A DNA stretch of 64,000 nucleotides from Amphiscolops sp. MND2022. Taxonomy: Eukaryota. The stretch is taken from assembly GCA_964187785.1 (NCBI GenBank), contig OZ076409.1, positions 68,450,001 to 68,514,000 of the forward strand, given 5' to 3'. The notes below the pieces were generated by a model that made no database searches, was not told where the DNA came from, and saw only the letters and a list, made by a program, of their open reading frames with translations. A program made the position numbers and the translations under genes. Below, piece by piece: positions 13,812-27,246 of the stretch (its first letter is position 1; each line of letters begins with the position of its first letter).

Positions 13812-14457
13812 GTAAGTACTACTACACTCATTGTTAGCCGATGAGTTTCTATGACTCCAGTCTCGACCTGAAACTCCCTGTTTTATTACTTTTTATAGTA
13901 CTTTTTAACAGTAGCGTAGTACCTTTATATTTTCACCCAAGAATCCCCTGTCGTTGATCTTGGTCTCCAGGTTAGCTCGGAACTAAAAGTCAAAATATGC
14001 CGTATTTCATTTCCGCGAATAAGAAACCTCCTCCCCTTTTGAGTTTCAAAATTTCAAAATATAAGCGTCTTTGACTTCTCTCTGCGTTTGGAAGTTTCAA
14101 CTAATGGGATCAAACGATCAAGTTAACAATCGTGGAGTCTTTTAGAACAAGCCGGGAACGGCCAAAGTTGGTACTACGCTCAAGGCTCACAGCATACAGA
14201 ACTACTATTCACAAAAGGCAAAGTACTTCAAATCTCTAAGGAAATTGTTTTTTTCAAAAATTCTATCTATGCCAAAATGTAGAAGGAGGACCTTTTGGGC
14301 TTCAGAAAAGTTCTTTTAAAAGTTTCGGAATCGCTGAAAAGCCGTTTTGATGCAAATTCTCGAAACTCTCACTGGAAAAATGATCTTTGTGCCGAAAAAG
14401 TTTTCCTTCAACTGTGTAAGGCCTTTGTTGTTTTTTAAAGTTTTTTTTCTTTTTCAG

Positions 14458-14722
14458 TCCTCGGTATGCAGACTACTACAGTAAGTCAACCAGTAATATA
14501 GAGCAAATTATGGGCAATGTAACAGGTTTGTTTATGGTGGATATATCGAACAATTACGATGCCTGGTCAATTTCTAGCGAAACATTCAATGCTATGACCA
14601 ACTTGGAGGAACTTCATATGAAAGATTGCTGTTCAAACATCAATGAGGAAATTACACCTGAACTGTTCAGAGATTTGGTGAATCTTGAGTTCCTCGATAT
14701 TTCTTCTACAGGGATGATCAAA
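14458..14722 (+). CDS. LRR protein, exon 2
   Basis: Polypyrimidine-CAG acceptor at 14457 matches the phase of exon 1. LRRs NLEELHMKDC and NLEFLDISST. The 3' boundary (GTAGAA at 14723) is tentative. Confidence 0.8.
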
Positions 14723-14998
14723 GTAGAAGTTGTTTTCAGTCAAAATTTGAAGCCACTTCTCGAAAGATTTAAATCTCAAATCATTAATAACTAACTTCTT
14801 AATCGAGCCCGCCATGAAGATTTTTGTGTTGCGTGAGAACAGGGTGATTTATCATGAAACATTGAAAACTTCGGGACCCTGCAGTTTTTTTCTACTTAAA
14901 AATTTCATAACAATCAAAGGGAGCATTCAAACAGGTGAAATTGAATATATATCAAGAATGTACCAAACTATTACAAAAACTTTTTGAATTTCTGTGAG

Positions 14999-15126
14999 AA
15001 TTTTACTTTGATGATCCCAACTGCAACAGAATGGGATGGGTTTTCTGGACCGTCTCTATTGTATGCTTCTCAAAAACTCACCCACCTGAACATGACGGGG
15101 CTCAACCATCTCCCCGATATGACGAG
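14999..15126 (+). CDS. LRR protein, exon 3 (not in the ORF track)
   Basis: Reads ...EWDGFSGPSLLYASQKLTHLNMTGLNHLPDMT. Donor AG|GTAGGG at 15127 (phase 2) fits the acceptor at 35090. The 5' boundary is uncertain (14999 or 15030). Confidence 0.65.
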
Positions 15127-15467
15127 GTAGGGCTGTTATCCCTTACTAACATTCTTGTAAAAATGCATGCGAACCAGAAAGTAACATACAAGCAAAACAT
15201 AAATCATCCCTTTAAATTACCATTAATTGAGTTCTAAGAATTGTTACATTTGTTATATTATCTAGGATTTTATAATATTATATAGTAATTTGTATTATTA
15301 TCTAGGTATTTGTAATATCATCGTACAAAAAAATAATTATTGACACCCGAGAAAAAAATCAATTTTCATCACGCATTCGTTACAACGGAAACGAACTCAG
15401 CGTAGCGTGATTGATTTTGTAATGATTGAACCAATCTGTCAGATCTATTAGAAACAAAACGGGAACG

Positions 15468-15736
15468 TGTACTGACCTACATTAATAACCAATAGTATTT
15501 AGATGTTTATAGAATGTTCTAGAATGTACATTTATTTGTTATTGAATGATTGTAAATCTCTACTCCCTCAGAGAGAGAAAAATAATAATCAGTATTCAGT
15601 TGACTTCCTTTTTGTTCTACTTCTAACACCTCGAACTAGTTGTAATAAAGTAAGCTAGCTAGCCTGGCTCCCGGCCGCTTTTAGTAGTTGTGTATAAGAC
15701 CAACCAAAGAACTAACCAACCATTAAAAGCAGCTCA
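15468..15736 (+). repeat. 5' LTR of giant element
   Basis: Direct repeat of 33637-33905; contains AATAAA at 15644. Confidence 0.96.
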
Positions 15737-15739
15737 ATT

Positions 15740-15752
15740 TGGTGCGACTTGT
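15740..15752 (+). promoter_or_regulatory. Putative primer binding site (tRNA not assigned)
   Basis: TGGTGCGACTTG lies 3 nt after the 5' LTR; TGG is complementary to tRNA CCA. Confidence 0.6.
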
Positions 15753-17576
15753 AAAATTTCTTGCCTTTTCTCCTAAATGATTTCTCTTCTCTCAACAATC
15801 ATACAAATACCACTCTCCATATTTGAAATTCTCTGGAACTGCAGTGAAATCTTTCTAGCATTCCTTGAAAGTTTAGTCTGTGACTTTCTGAATTTCATCA
15901 ATAAATACATCATCGTTCGAAACACAATTTCTCCACTACAACAATCAACTTAAATATAACAAATTTTCTTCACTACCGGTTTATCACGTTTTCTAACACG
16001 TTGACACGGTTCTTCCTCATGTTCTTTTGCCATACCGGTTTATCACGTTTTCCAATACGTTGAAACGGTTTCATTTCGGACTGATTTATCCAAAGTGACA
16101 CAGTTCTGTTCTCTATACTGATTTATCACAGCTAATCCGGAAGCTTGTTGAAACAGTTCTTTGACGTTTGTCTGGTTTATCAAGGTTTTCTAAAACCTTT
16201 GACACAGCAACTTTCTTCAATCCTGCTATCTTGAACGTCAGGTGGACTCCTGGTGTAATAGTTAATTGAGTGCATGTCCAACTCCGCTCACCTATAAGCA
16301 CATACGTCTCAAGATCAACTTCGTGTTGGCAGAAAACCTGGATTTTCTACTTTTACGTTTCGAATCCACTTTCTACAAAATTTCCTACAAAAAAAATTCA
16401 GAAATAGACTCTGAAAACAAAAAAAGGCAACCAAGACTAACTACAAAAAACAACCACGCACTATTCCATTTCTTTTCCTATTGTCGACAAACAATACAAA
16501 TAAATTCACAAAACTTAAATAATACAAGTAACTTCAAAAAATTTCAATAACCAACAAAAATAACAACACAAAGTACACTCAACCTTATCTCTAGTACTTT
16601 CAATGGTAATAATTTTAACATAATCCTACAAATCAATTATTTTAACAAAATACCACATACAATTCTCACAACTCTTTTGCTTTAAAACTTAAAATAAGGC
16701 ATGTAAATAACACAAACACAGTAAAGTTAGTTTTCTACTTTCAGGCACCCACAATTCCTATCCCCTCCCGTAAGACTTAGCCAATCAGACAGCCTCACCA
16801 GCTTACTCTGATTCTAAGACTGACTAAAAACCTTAGTTAAGTGTAAACGTCTTTAAGGAGAATCGAGAGGACACCGAACTACGTTCGAATCTTCAAAATT
16901 CTCAGAAAGTAAAAGTAAAAGTAAAAGAAACAAAGATCAAACTTTGATCTTGATCAGTATTGATCAGACTTTGGATAGTGGACGTTGATTGTTCAGAGTT
17001 CCACTCCCTTAGTCTTAAAACACACAACCCTTGTTATAATTAAAACAATCTTAGTTTTTCTGGACGTGTCAGTAACCTTATGTTAGACACCTTAAAGTGA
17101 TCCAGACTTAAAATAACATTTAGTTTCTGTTAGCAATCCTTTGAGGTTGAATACAGATCCTACTGCATCCGCTTCTTTCTTCTCTATCCAAAACTATTAA
17201 CTTCTCAAATAACATCAAATTACAATACAAATTAAATGAACCCTAACATATACAACCAAGCAATTTATCCTTTCAACTTTTACATTCCGCCAATTAGCTC
17301 CCTTCAAAACCCTACAGCAAACGATTTTGAAAGATTAATTGAACGATATCAACAATATTTTTTCTTTATCATAAATCAACAACGACATAACCCAAGAGCT
17401 CCAACTTAGAAAATGTCTATAAAAATCAATTGCAACGTTCTCACCTTCACATTATAACATGTGGAAAAAGGTTACCACAGTAGTACTCATTACAACATAC
17501 ACGTTTTGTGTCTTATTTATAGTTTGTGTCCTTCTTGAAAAAATACTTACGGTGATGAGAGACAAACTTTAGAAAA

Positions 17577-20500
17577 ATGTCCTTAACAACAACCTATTTA
17601 CCTTTTCAAACCCCCATCATTAAAAATGCAAAAGTTGTAAAATTAGAACTAAACCCATTCCTACAAAACATTATTTCACATTATACACAACCACTCCCAT
17701 TTGAAAATGAACCACACACAATTGAAACAATCCCTCTTATTAGAGAACATTTGGACACATACCTTTTTATATTAGATACAAAGTTTTAACAATCACCGAA
17801 GAATACCCAACTTTTCAAATCTCCTTTCTTCAACAAAGACTTAATTCATCTCATATATACAGAAGAAAAATAAATCCAATAAACATTCAAGTTCCTATTA
17901 AACAAGTTTTTCATGCTTTTCTAAACAATGTAAAAGACCACAACTTAGCACAGGAAATTCCAAACTTTAGTCCAAATGCACTCGACGATCTTCAACGATA
18001 CATAGACAATTTCGACGCAGAAATTATTGAAAGATTAGTTAATCCTGAAGATAATCCCCATCATTGGTTACAAGCTGATATATTACGAATTCAAAATTTC
18101 ATCTACCATTACTTCAAAGACTTAACATTAAATGACCAAACAATTCCTCAGATCAAAGTAATATCTTTATTTCTCAGAAAATACTTCAGATTTAATTATT
18201 AACTATTATGGTCACAACAAGATCAATCTGCTTTTACAGCATTTCCAGATCATTTTACATTAGAAGAATGTTTACCATTCATCATCAGTGAAAAAAATGA
18301 ACATCCTTACTTTCATAAACCACAATCAATTACAAAACAAACCTTAGATTACATACATTCCGATCCTCTATTAATTACAGAAAATGATCTATTCGCAGAC
18401 AATAGACCTTACCACTATGAACAAAATTCTCAAGATCAACAAAATTTACATTTTAACACTAACAATTCTACTGAAGATGATAACACCGATCAGGAAAATA
18501 CAACCCAACAACAAAATCAACCTGAAAACTATAACGATAATGAGTTTACTACCCAAGAATCTACAATTTCAACACATAATCCATCACAAACAGGGACATC
18601 AACATCAGTACATACTCAATCCTTTAGAGTTCCCACTAGAGTTGTAAACCAAAGACAAACTACAGATAGTCCTCAATCTCACTTAGCTACATCTCCAAAC
18701 CTTAATATAACTTTTAACCTTCCACATACAGATGACACACACGATGAAACCCATGATACATTCCAGGATGATATTCTAACTACATCTAGTGCTCAGAATA
18801 CTTCTGTTAATGTTGCATCTCCAACAAGAACTAATCCTGATTATACAAGATACATTACTCGATCTAGATTTGATCCTCCATCAATTCCCTCCGCCTTTCG
18901 CTCAAACAGATCGACCTCTTCCAACAACAATTTTAATGATAATCCCCAAACTTCCAACCGATATTACGATCCATTTAATTATAACTTTTATCCTCCATCA
19001 AATACAACTACCAATACATATATCAACCAACATCACTCTCAAATTAATACAACTTCAACAACACAAAACCCCTTCATACAATTATCAAATACCAATATTT
19101 CACAGAATATATATTCTCGAAATCAAGGAACCTCGTATCCTTCCACTTCTTATTCTAATATCACACAGGATTCTCAAAGGAGACTTCATAACCCTCCACT
19201 TACACATATACCAACGGATCCTCTGTATCAAATGCATCCAAATCCAAATCCTAACCCTAATTCAAATCCATTACCACAAAATACAATCCAACATATACCT
19301 CCACCACTCACACAACAATTAGCTCCTCCACCCCAATATTTACCAATGCCACAAGATACTTTTATAAACATGTCCGCTTCAATATCAGAACCTATGAAAC
19401 CTTTTGATGGTTTGGACCATTCTTACACCCCCGAAGAATATCTACAACAAGTCGAAGCAAGATTAACCTTCGCCATAGGTGAAGAACCTCAAAATAATCC
19501 TATATAATACAAATCTTGGCATAACAGACGCATGGCTTACATACCATGTTCATTAACAGGAACAGCTCTCGATTGGTACACTAACCTCCATATATCATAT
19601 AAACAACAATGGAATTCTTTTGTACAATTATTCAAAAAACAATTCTCATCTCAAAAAACTGCTTACTACGCTCAAGTAGAAGCTATGTCACTCATGAAAA
19701 AGGATAATGAAACAGTTCGCCACTTCGCCCTTAGAGTACAACAATTAGTAAAAAAAGGGTTGGTGTAATGAAAATGCAGCTACCATAAATCTCAAAAATA
19801 ATGAAATCTTTACAAAAGGGTTACCAAAGAAGTTAAAAAATTTTGCCCATAAACGACAAGTTAAACATGTATCAACATTACTTGAACCTTCAATACCATT
19901 TCATACACTTGTTAGACATGTCGATTCTGAAGATATTGCTAATGAAAAAATTAGAACTAACGACTTAGCTCTAGAAATAAACAAAGTATCGCTTAAGATG
20001 ATACTAACAAAAAGAATTTGAACATGAAGATCAGATAATGGTTACTCAATCTGGAGACCCAAATAACAAAAGCAAACCAGCGTATAGAAAATATTGTTCT
20101 TATTGTCACAAAAATAATCATAGTATTTCAAATTGTTATCAAAAACAACGTGATGACGAATACCAGAAATACAATAACCAAAGATCACGAACTCCTCAAC
20201 AATCCTTTGTACAATATTTTCGCAGTAAACCTAATAATCCTCAAGAAAATCGAAATGACAATACAAATCCTTACTCTTCAGATAATGATCGTAATAAATA
20301 TAATCAAAATTACTATAATGATAGATACAGAAACAATGATAGATATCGTAGCAATAATAGAGAATATTCGCAAAACAACTATAGATCAAACTCTCGACAA
20401 AGATATTATAATCGATCCCGGAGTCCGTATAGATCTCGATTTGATAATTATTATCAAAGAAGAACTCCTTCTAGATCTCCATATAGATCTCCATACAGAA

Positions 20501-20700
20501 ATAACTCAAATTACAGATATAATTCTCGCTCAAGATAAAGATGTCGTTCTCAATCACAAGGAAACTCCTTCAAACGATATAGTTTTCCATATAGATCTCC
20601 ATCAAGACCTAGAGATTTTAGATCAAAATCTAGAACACCCTCAAGAAACAGACAACAAAACAGAATAAATCAAGTAGACGTTAAATCTGCAAAAGAAAAT
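17577..20700 (+). pseudogene. gag of giant element (long N-terminal extension, capsid, CCHC knuckle, RS-rich tail); interrupted
   Basis: Capsid-like PMKPFDG...PEEYL and SLTGTALDWY...ETVRHFALRV; knuckle CSYCHKNNHSISNC; RSRSPYRS repeats. Several point stops and frameshifts. Confidence 0.88.
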
Positions 20701-23700
20701 GATAGTACAAAATTTGAAATTCACACCTGTCAAATAACTGAAATAGCTAATACAATCACTCCTTATAGTTGGTTTTATCCACTATATATTCACGCTTCTG
20801 AAACAAATGATAACATATTACCTTCAAAGTTAGAAATCTTATTCCTCTTAGATACTGGAGCATCCATATCTGTCTGTTTTGAATTTACCAACATTTCATG
20901 TAATTTCCAAACAATTAAACATCAATGTTCCAACTAACCTCCAAAACAAAAGAGCCAAAACTCTTACAGTTGCAAACCAAACTGAAGTACCAATAATACA
21001 TTATATTTCGATGACCTGTTTCACTGAAGTAAATCACAAAACACGATCCTTCAATATCGATTTTGCCGTAGCAAATATCAAATACAACATTCTTGGAACA
21101 CCCTTTTTCGAAAAGCACATCCAAAATATTGATTTTCAACAAAATATTATGACATACATAGAACAACATCCAAAGCTTCCAACAAAAACAACATTTTCCA
21201 CATTTGCAGAAAAAGATTACCCATATATTTCTTACATTTATACTATTAAATGTAAGGAACCAATTCACTTTAAACCAAGGTCAGGAAAAACCATACATTT
21301 CCCAATTAAAAACTATTCAAATCTACATTTTGAACTTTAGGATAATACAAAATTCTATCCAACAAACCCATATACAAATTTCTTACAAAAATTCAAAAAT
21401 ATCTTTCATTTCTTAGATATGATAGTCAATGAAAAAAGCAAAGACTCATGTGCAACCATAACTCAAAACTTTACATCTTACTCAGCTACATTACCACGAG
21501 GAATTATTGGATATATAGAAATACCTATTACTCAAACAACTCCTCGTCACTACAGAGTTAACTATGTAAATTCACCTATTCACTCTGTAATACATGCGTA
21601 TCACCCTGATACCACAACTCCGATTCAACAAAATTCTTATGTAGATATGAACTTATGTACTAGGGTAACACCACAATCCTTATTAGAAAACAAGATAGAA
21701 ATCAACGACAAAACGCTTCAAATTCCTATACCTTCTGTTACTGGAAACCTTCGACCCTCAGATAAAATTCGAAAAGATTTCCCTCCATTACCCTATTCTA
21801 CAGAAAATCAACAATTCATAAAGAAGTTCAATTTTGAATACTCAGATTTAACCGATACAGAATTTGTAAACCTCTGCAATATTCTGAATAATAACCAAAA
21901 TTGTTACGCCGAACATAAGAACGACGTAGGAAAGATTTCTACCCCCTTTCGAATTAGAATAAAAGATAACTGTAAACTTCACACATAAAGACCTTCTAAA
22001 GTACCTATTCACTATAGAGATAGAATAAATAAATTTTTATTAGAACTTGAAAAATACAACATCATAAAACAAATTGGTTCAACAACAGATGAAAAACATC
22101 CTATTGGAACAACATTTTTAAACCCTTTAATTATTATCCCCGAAGGAGACGCAATAAAAGTTGTTTTAGATGCAAGACATCTAAACTCAAACACTAACCA
22201 AGAACTTGAATCTTGGCCTATTGAACCTTTAGCTCCTCAACTAGCTAGAGCCAATAAAAAATACAAATCAACTATTGATCTAATGTATGCATATGCTCAT
22301 ACACCATTAGACGAAGAAACAATTAAACTTACAGGATTTTCATCCGGTGACAAATTATACGCCTTTATCCGTGGATTGTATGGATTAAAAGGACTTCCGA
22401 ACTTTTTTACAAAACAAATGTCAACTTTCTTTAGATCGCTTATAGACAAACGTTCTGCGTTAGTTTATATCGATGATATTTTATTACTCGCAAACGAAAA
22501 ACAAGAAATGTTTGAACTTATAAAAGAATTACATACAATAGCATCTCGAGAAAATCTCAAACTTGCACCTGAAAAATCATTCTACATGTTACTCAAAGTA
22601 AAATTCCTTGGACATGAAATTGGTAACAACACAATTAAACCAATTCCATCCAAAATTGAAGCTATTAAAAGAATTCCATCACCAAAAGAAAAGAAAGATG
22701 TTATGCAATTTCTTGGCAGTGTTAACTTTTATTCAAAATTTATTGAAAAACTTCATATAAACCTTAAACCATTGTATACATTACTACATGATGATGTTAA
22801 ATTTCAATGGACACCTGAATTAGAAAAAATATTTCAAAATGTTAAAAATACAATGACAGCAAACACTGAATTAACAATACCCAACACCACGTATCCATTT
22901 TTCATAATAGTAGATGCTTCGTTAGTAGGTTTAGGCGCAGTCTTATTCCAAATGAACGAAGAAAATAAGATGAAAGTAATCTCTTATAACTCCAGAATTC
23001 TTAAGACACAAGAACAAAAACTTTCAACTTTAGATAGAGAACTTCTTGCAATAGTCTACGCACTGCAAATATATGAATTTTTGATCATTGGATCTCCTCA
23101 TCCTATATACCTCTTCACAGATCACAAGCCTTTACTACATTGTTTCGCAAAGAAAGGAAATCTTAGTCCTAGATTCTATAGAGCACAAATGCAACTAACC
23201 AAATTCTCCAAACTAAAAATCATTCATACCCCTGGAAAAAAATTAACTGTAGCAGATATGCTTTCACGAACCTTTACAAAAGAACAGTTACAAGTACACC
23301 AATTACGACACAAGCAATTACCATCTCAAATAGATTTCTCTATCATGAAAGATAATCAACTCAAACCAGTACATTATTTAGTAAAACATGAAGAAATAAA
23401 ATATAATCAAAAGAATGATTGTCATCCTATCCTTGCTGACTACGGAGACGACCAATTCTCTATCCGTATAAATAACAAAGGAGAAGAAATACACATAAAG
23501 CCTTTAGATTCCTTCACTTTTCAATCTATTGTTCCATTCGAATCAAAATATAAAAAGCCTACAAAAAACCAAGCAAAATCTCTTTTACAACAATCGACAA
23601 TTCTTAATGATACTGGCATTCTTAGTGATGAAGATGAAATAACTCAATCAAATAATATCCAACAACAAAACTCAGACATAGTAAAAGAACACACCCTTGC

Positions 23701-25605
23701 TATACAATATCCTACCAAATCCGACTATTGTAAACAACAAGTTCCATTTTTTGATCCATCCTTTTTCAAATACAAAAAGTATTTTAATTACTTCTTCCTA
23801 CCAGAAGATACACAAATAACCATTGAAACAATAAAAACTCAACAAAACCAAGATACTGTTTTACAAAAGGTTTACCAATGGATACTTAATAATGAAAGAC
23901 CCTTACAAATAGACCCAACAATTGCAGCTAACTCTTTCTTATTAGTATATTACAAAATCTTCAACCAATCATATATTAATCATGATACAAAAACTATCCA
24001 CATAGATTATCCTAATCCTCACGATTCCAACCCGAATCAAAGAGACAAAATATGTCTCCCATTTAAACTTTTCCACGCAGCTTTTGACAAACTTCATGCT
24101 CATGGACATTCAGGAATAAAAATATCCATCAAAGCTTTCAACCAATTTTACTTCATACCGTACTTGAATAAATGGATGTCAATATTCATCCATGATTGCA
24201 TTGAATGCCAACAAAATAAACATATTAACCAAAAATTACAAACTGCATCTATACTAACCTTCTCAGAAAATGCTTCATATTTTAATTACCGAATATCAAT
24301 GGATACAAAAGGACCTATAAACCCACCATCAAATCAAAATTCATACATTCATGTTATAGTAGACGCTTTTAGTCACTTTGTAGTAACAGTACCTATAAAA
24401 CAAAAAAATGGTCAAAACGCTGTTAACTCATTACTACATCATTGGATAAAAAAATTTGGACCTCCTGTACATCTAGTTACCGACCGTGGAACAGAATACA
24501 TTAATTCAGAATTTGCAAATCTTGCACAATGGGAATTAGACATTCACCAAGAACTCCTCATGCACCATGGACAAATGGTTTAGTTGAAAATCAAAACAGA
24601 AATCTTGGAACTCATCTCAGACTTTTCTTACATAACACTCCAGAAAATTGGTCAACCCAAGTTCATATGTATGCTTATGCACATAATTCACAACCACTTT
24701 CTGAAGTAAACTTATCTCCATTTGAAATAGTATTCCATACTATACCCAGAATTCCAATCAACTTTGAACTCAATCTCCAAAGAGATACATATAGAAATTG
24801 TACTTCTCAATATTGTCAAGAATTACCACTTCATACACACTATGACAAATCAAATCTAAACCCTTTCTTTCATAAAATTTTATCTGAACCAATTCCACAA
24901 TGGATCTTAGCTACTGAAACTGCTATGATACAGATATACCATACGGTATACGAAAACACAAAAAGAAAGATTAATTCCTATGCTTATTTTAACAAAACAT
25001 ATCACAATCCAAGACCCTTAGATATTGGTACATTTGTACTAAAAACAAATTTTCTCCATGTTCATTTTTCCGATAAATTAAAACCTCTCAGAAATGGCCC
25101 ATTCAAAATTATTAACAAAATCTCCGACATAACATATGAAAGTGTTAATCAAGATGGTTATACATCGCACATACATAGAAATCATTTAATTCCTTATCAT
25201 CCAAAAGAACCAGTTATTTTTCCTTTCCTACAACAATTTCATCCTCATTTATTTAATGACTGTCATTCAAATATAAACGATCAAATAATTAACTCTGATG
25301 AAGGCAAATTTACTGAAGAAGAACAATTTCCTTCCACAACATCTAAAGAAACGGATATACCATTCACGATTGACTTACAACCAGAATCATTTAGCCAATA
25401 TTGTTCATTTCCATATAAACAAAAAGAACAAATTCCTCAAAATACCTACCTGGATAACCAATCAGATATTCATGACTATGATAACTTTATTAATCCCCGA
25501 AGACACTCCTATAATAGATACAATTTCCGCCCACAACCAAGAAAAGACTACCGACGTTTCCTTGGTGAAAACGATATAATTTCACTTTCTCCAAAATCCT
25601 GCTGA
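20701..25605 (+). pseudogene. pol of giant element (PR, RT, RNase H, IN); interrupted
   Basis: LLDTGAS with DTG at 20851, in the gag frame. YIDD at 22466-22477. RNase H VDAS...RELLA...TDHKPL...ADMLSR. Integrase HGH..CIEC, MDTKGP, TDRGTEY, NGLVE. Stops at 21338 and 21986; frameshifts near 20875 and 24525. Confidence 0.95.
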
Positions 25606-25794
25606 AATACGGAATACAGAAAAAAGCACAAAAAGAAAATTTGAAAGAAAAGCAAAAGTTTGAAGTTTACTGTGAAACTGAACGAAAAATATTTCACAAG
25701 TGATAATAAACGAAAGAAATCGATATGAAACTATAAATACTTTATAAATTGAAACAAACTACCTTAACACAAAGATTTCAAAATTGATAGACAT

Positions 25795-27244
25795 ATTCAC
25801 TCGCCATCATCAACCACAAATAACTCTTCTTCTAGTTCAACATATTCACTCCAAAGATTACCTGAATATACAGCATATTTAAACTCAGATACAGACATAC
25901 TGGATTTCTCATCCTCAAATCCCAGTCCATCCGCTCCATATACTCCTGATAGAGTACCAACAACACCCACCAATACACCTATAACCCAAACTCAAACAGT
26001 AATAATAACAACTCAATCACAACCTGTTTAACGAAATCTAACATTTGTAGAAACAAATTCACCACTTTCTGACTCTAATGATGAAACTCCTACAATACCA
26101 AATACACAAGTTACTTCAAATATTCAAATATTTTAAATAGACCTCCTCTTCCACCGATTACTACCACTCGTTCTATTCATATCCCTGATCCTAGCTCAGT
26201 CCTACAATACATAAATTCTTGTCCACACAAAGTACCAACCGCAACGAAAACAAAAAGAAAAACTCCTTTACCTACATTACCACAAAATCTTGATTTACCA
26301 TCATCAAGTAATACTCCAATAACAGTTTTACCAGAACCTTCATTGAAATCACCAACGAAGGAAACACAGCAACACCCAACTCCTTCACCACCTGAACTAA
26401 GTTCATTCACATTTTCTCAAATATATCCCAAACTTGAATGACAACGTGTACATTCAACCACCACCTCTTCATTAACAGATTTATATCATAAAGATAAAGA
26501 TTCTGACTCAACTGCTAGCACTAGAGTACCAAGACATAATTATAACCTTCGATCTCAACAACAAAGAAATTCTCAAGAATTACAATCTTTAACTAGTTCA
26601 AGTACAAACTCAAGACTATTTCGACAGCACGCCCAACCCAGATTGGACACTTCTTCTCTTTCCTCATCTCAACCCACTATACCATCTTCTCTATCACTGC
26701 CATTTCAAATCACATCAGGATTTGAAACAGCCTCTCTTCTTTCTGAAGAGCCAGTAACTATATCAGATAGCGCAGCTAATTTTTCACGAGTTTACTCACC
26801 TAGTTCAATAGCATCAAACTCTTCCATACAATTACCTGAATATTTTTAGAAGATTTCTCAAGACCTCCATCGCCAAATCCTCACGAATATCCTATTCGTG
26901 TTAATTCAAAAATTGTTCGCACGCTTAACGAAGATCCTCGATACACGGTATTACCTGCAAGATTTATAAACAACAGTTCACTCTCAACTCAAAGAAAACA
27001 AAGAGAACTACGAAGATTACAAGAACAACAACTCACATTAAAATTTGAAGTAGAAGTCACATTCAACTCGTTAGGACCTCATCCATTCTCTCTTTCAACA
27101 AGAGTAGCACACAAAACAACCCCATCACCATTCATAGTCACATCCATTTCTTACCTTTGTGACGCAGATTTACCTGAGATTAGAACAGGACATATACACT
27201 TTTTTAATCCCTACTCCGGACTCAATTATAGATCACTATTTTAA
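25795..27244 (+). pseudogene. Decayed Ser/Thr/Pro-rich accessory ORF between pol and env
   Basis: Frame fragments SPSSTTNNSSSSSTYSLQRLPEY...PSPSAPYTP, DTSSLSSSQPTIPSS..., and a terminal globular-looking part (LKFEVEVTFN...GHIHFFNPYSGLNYRSLF*) that stops 2 nt before the env ATG. Confidence 0.6.
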
Positions 27245-27246
27245 CC

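Noticed and set aside
15031..15237. 68-aa ORF as a gene
   Set aside because: Wrong frame; the overlapping frame gives an LRR motif and a phase-matched splice donor.
20536..20538. Programmed gag-pol readthrough stop
   Set aside because: The TAA lies in the middle of the RS-rich tract and the copy has many other point stops, so mutation is more likely. A family consensus would settle it.
18384..20668. Ile/Leu-rich ORFs 18384-18647, 18789-19322 and 20150-20668
   Set aside because: Alternative frames of the low-complexity A/C-rich gag region; the gag frame carries the recognisable motifs.
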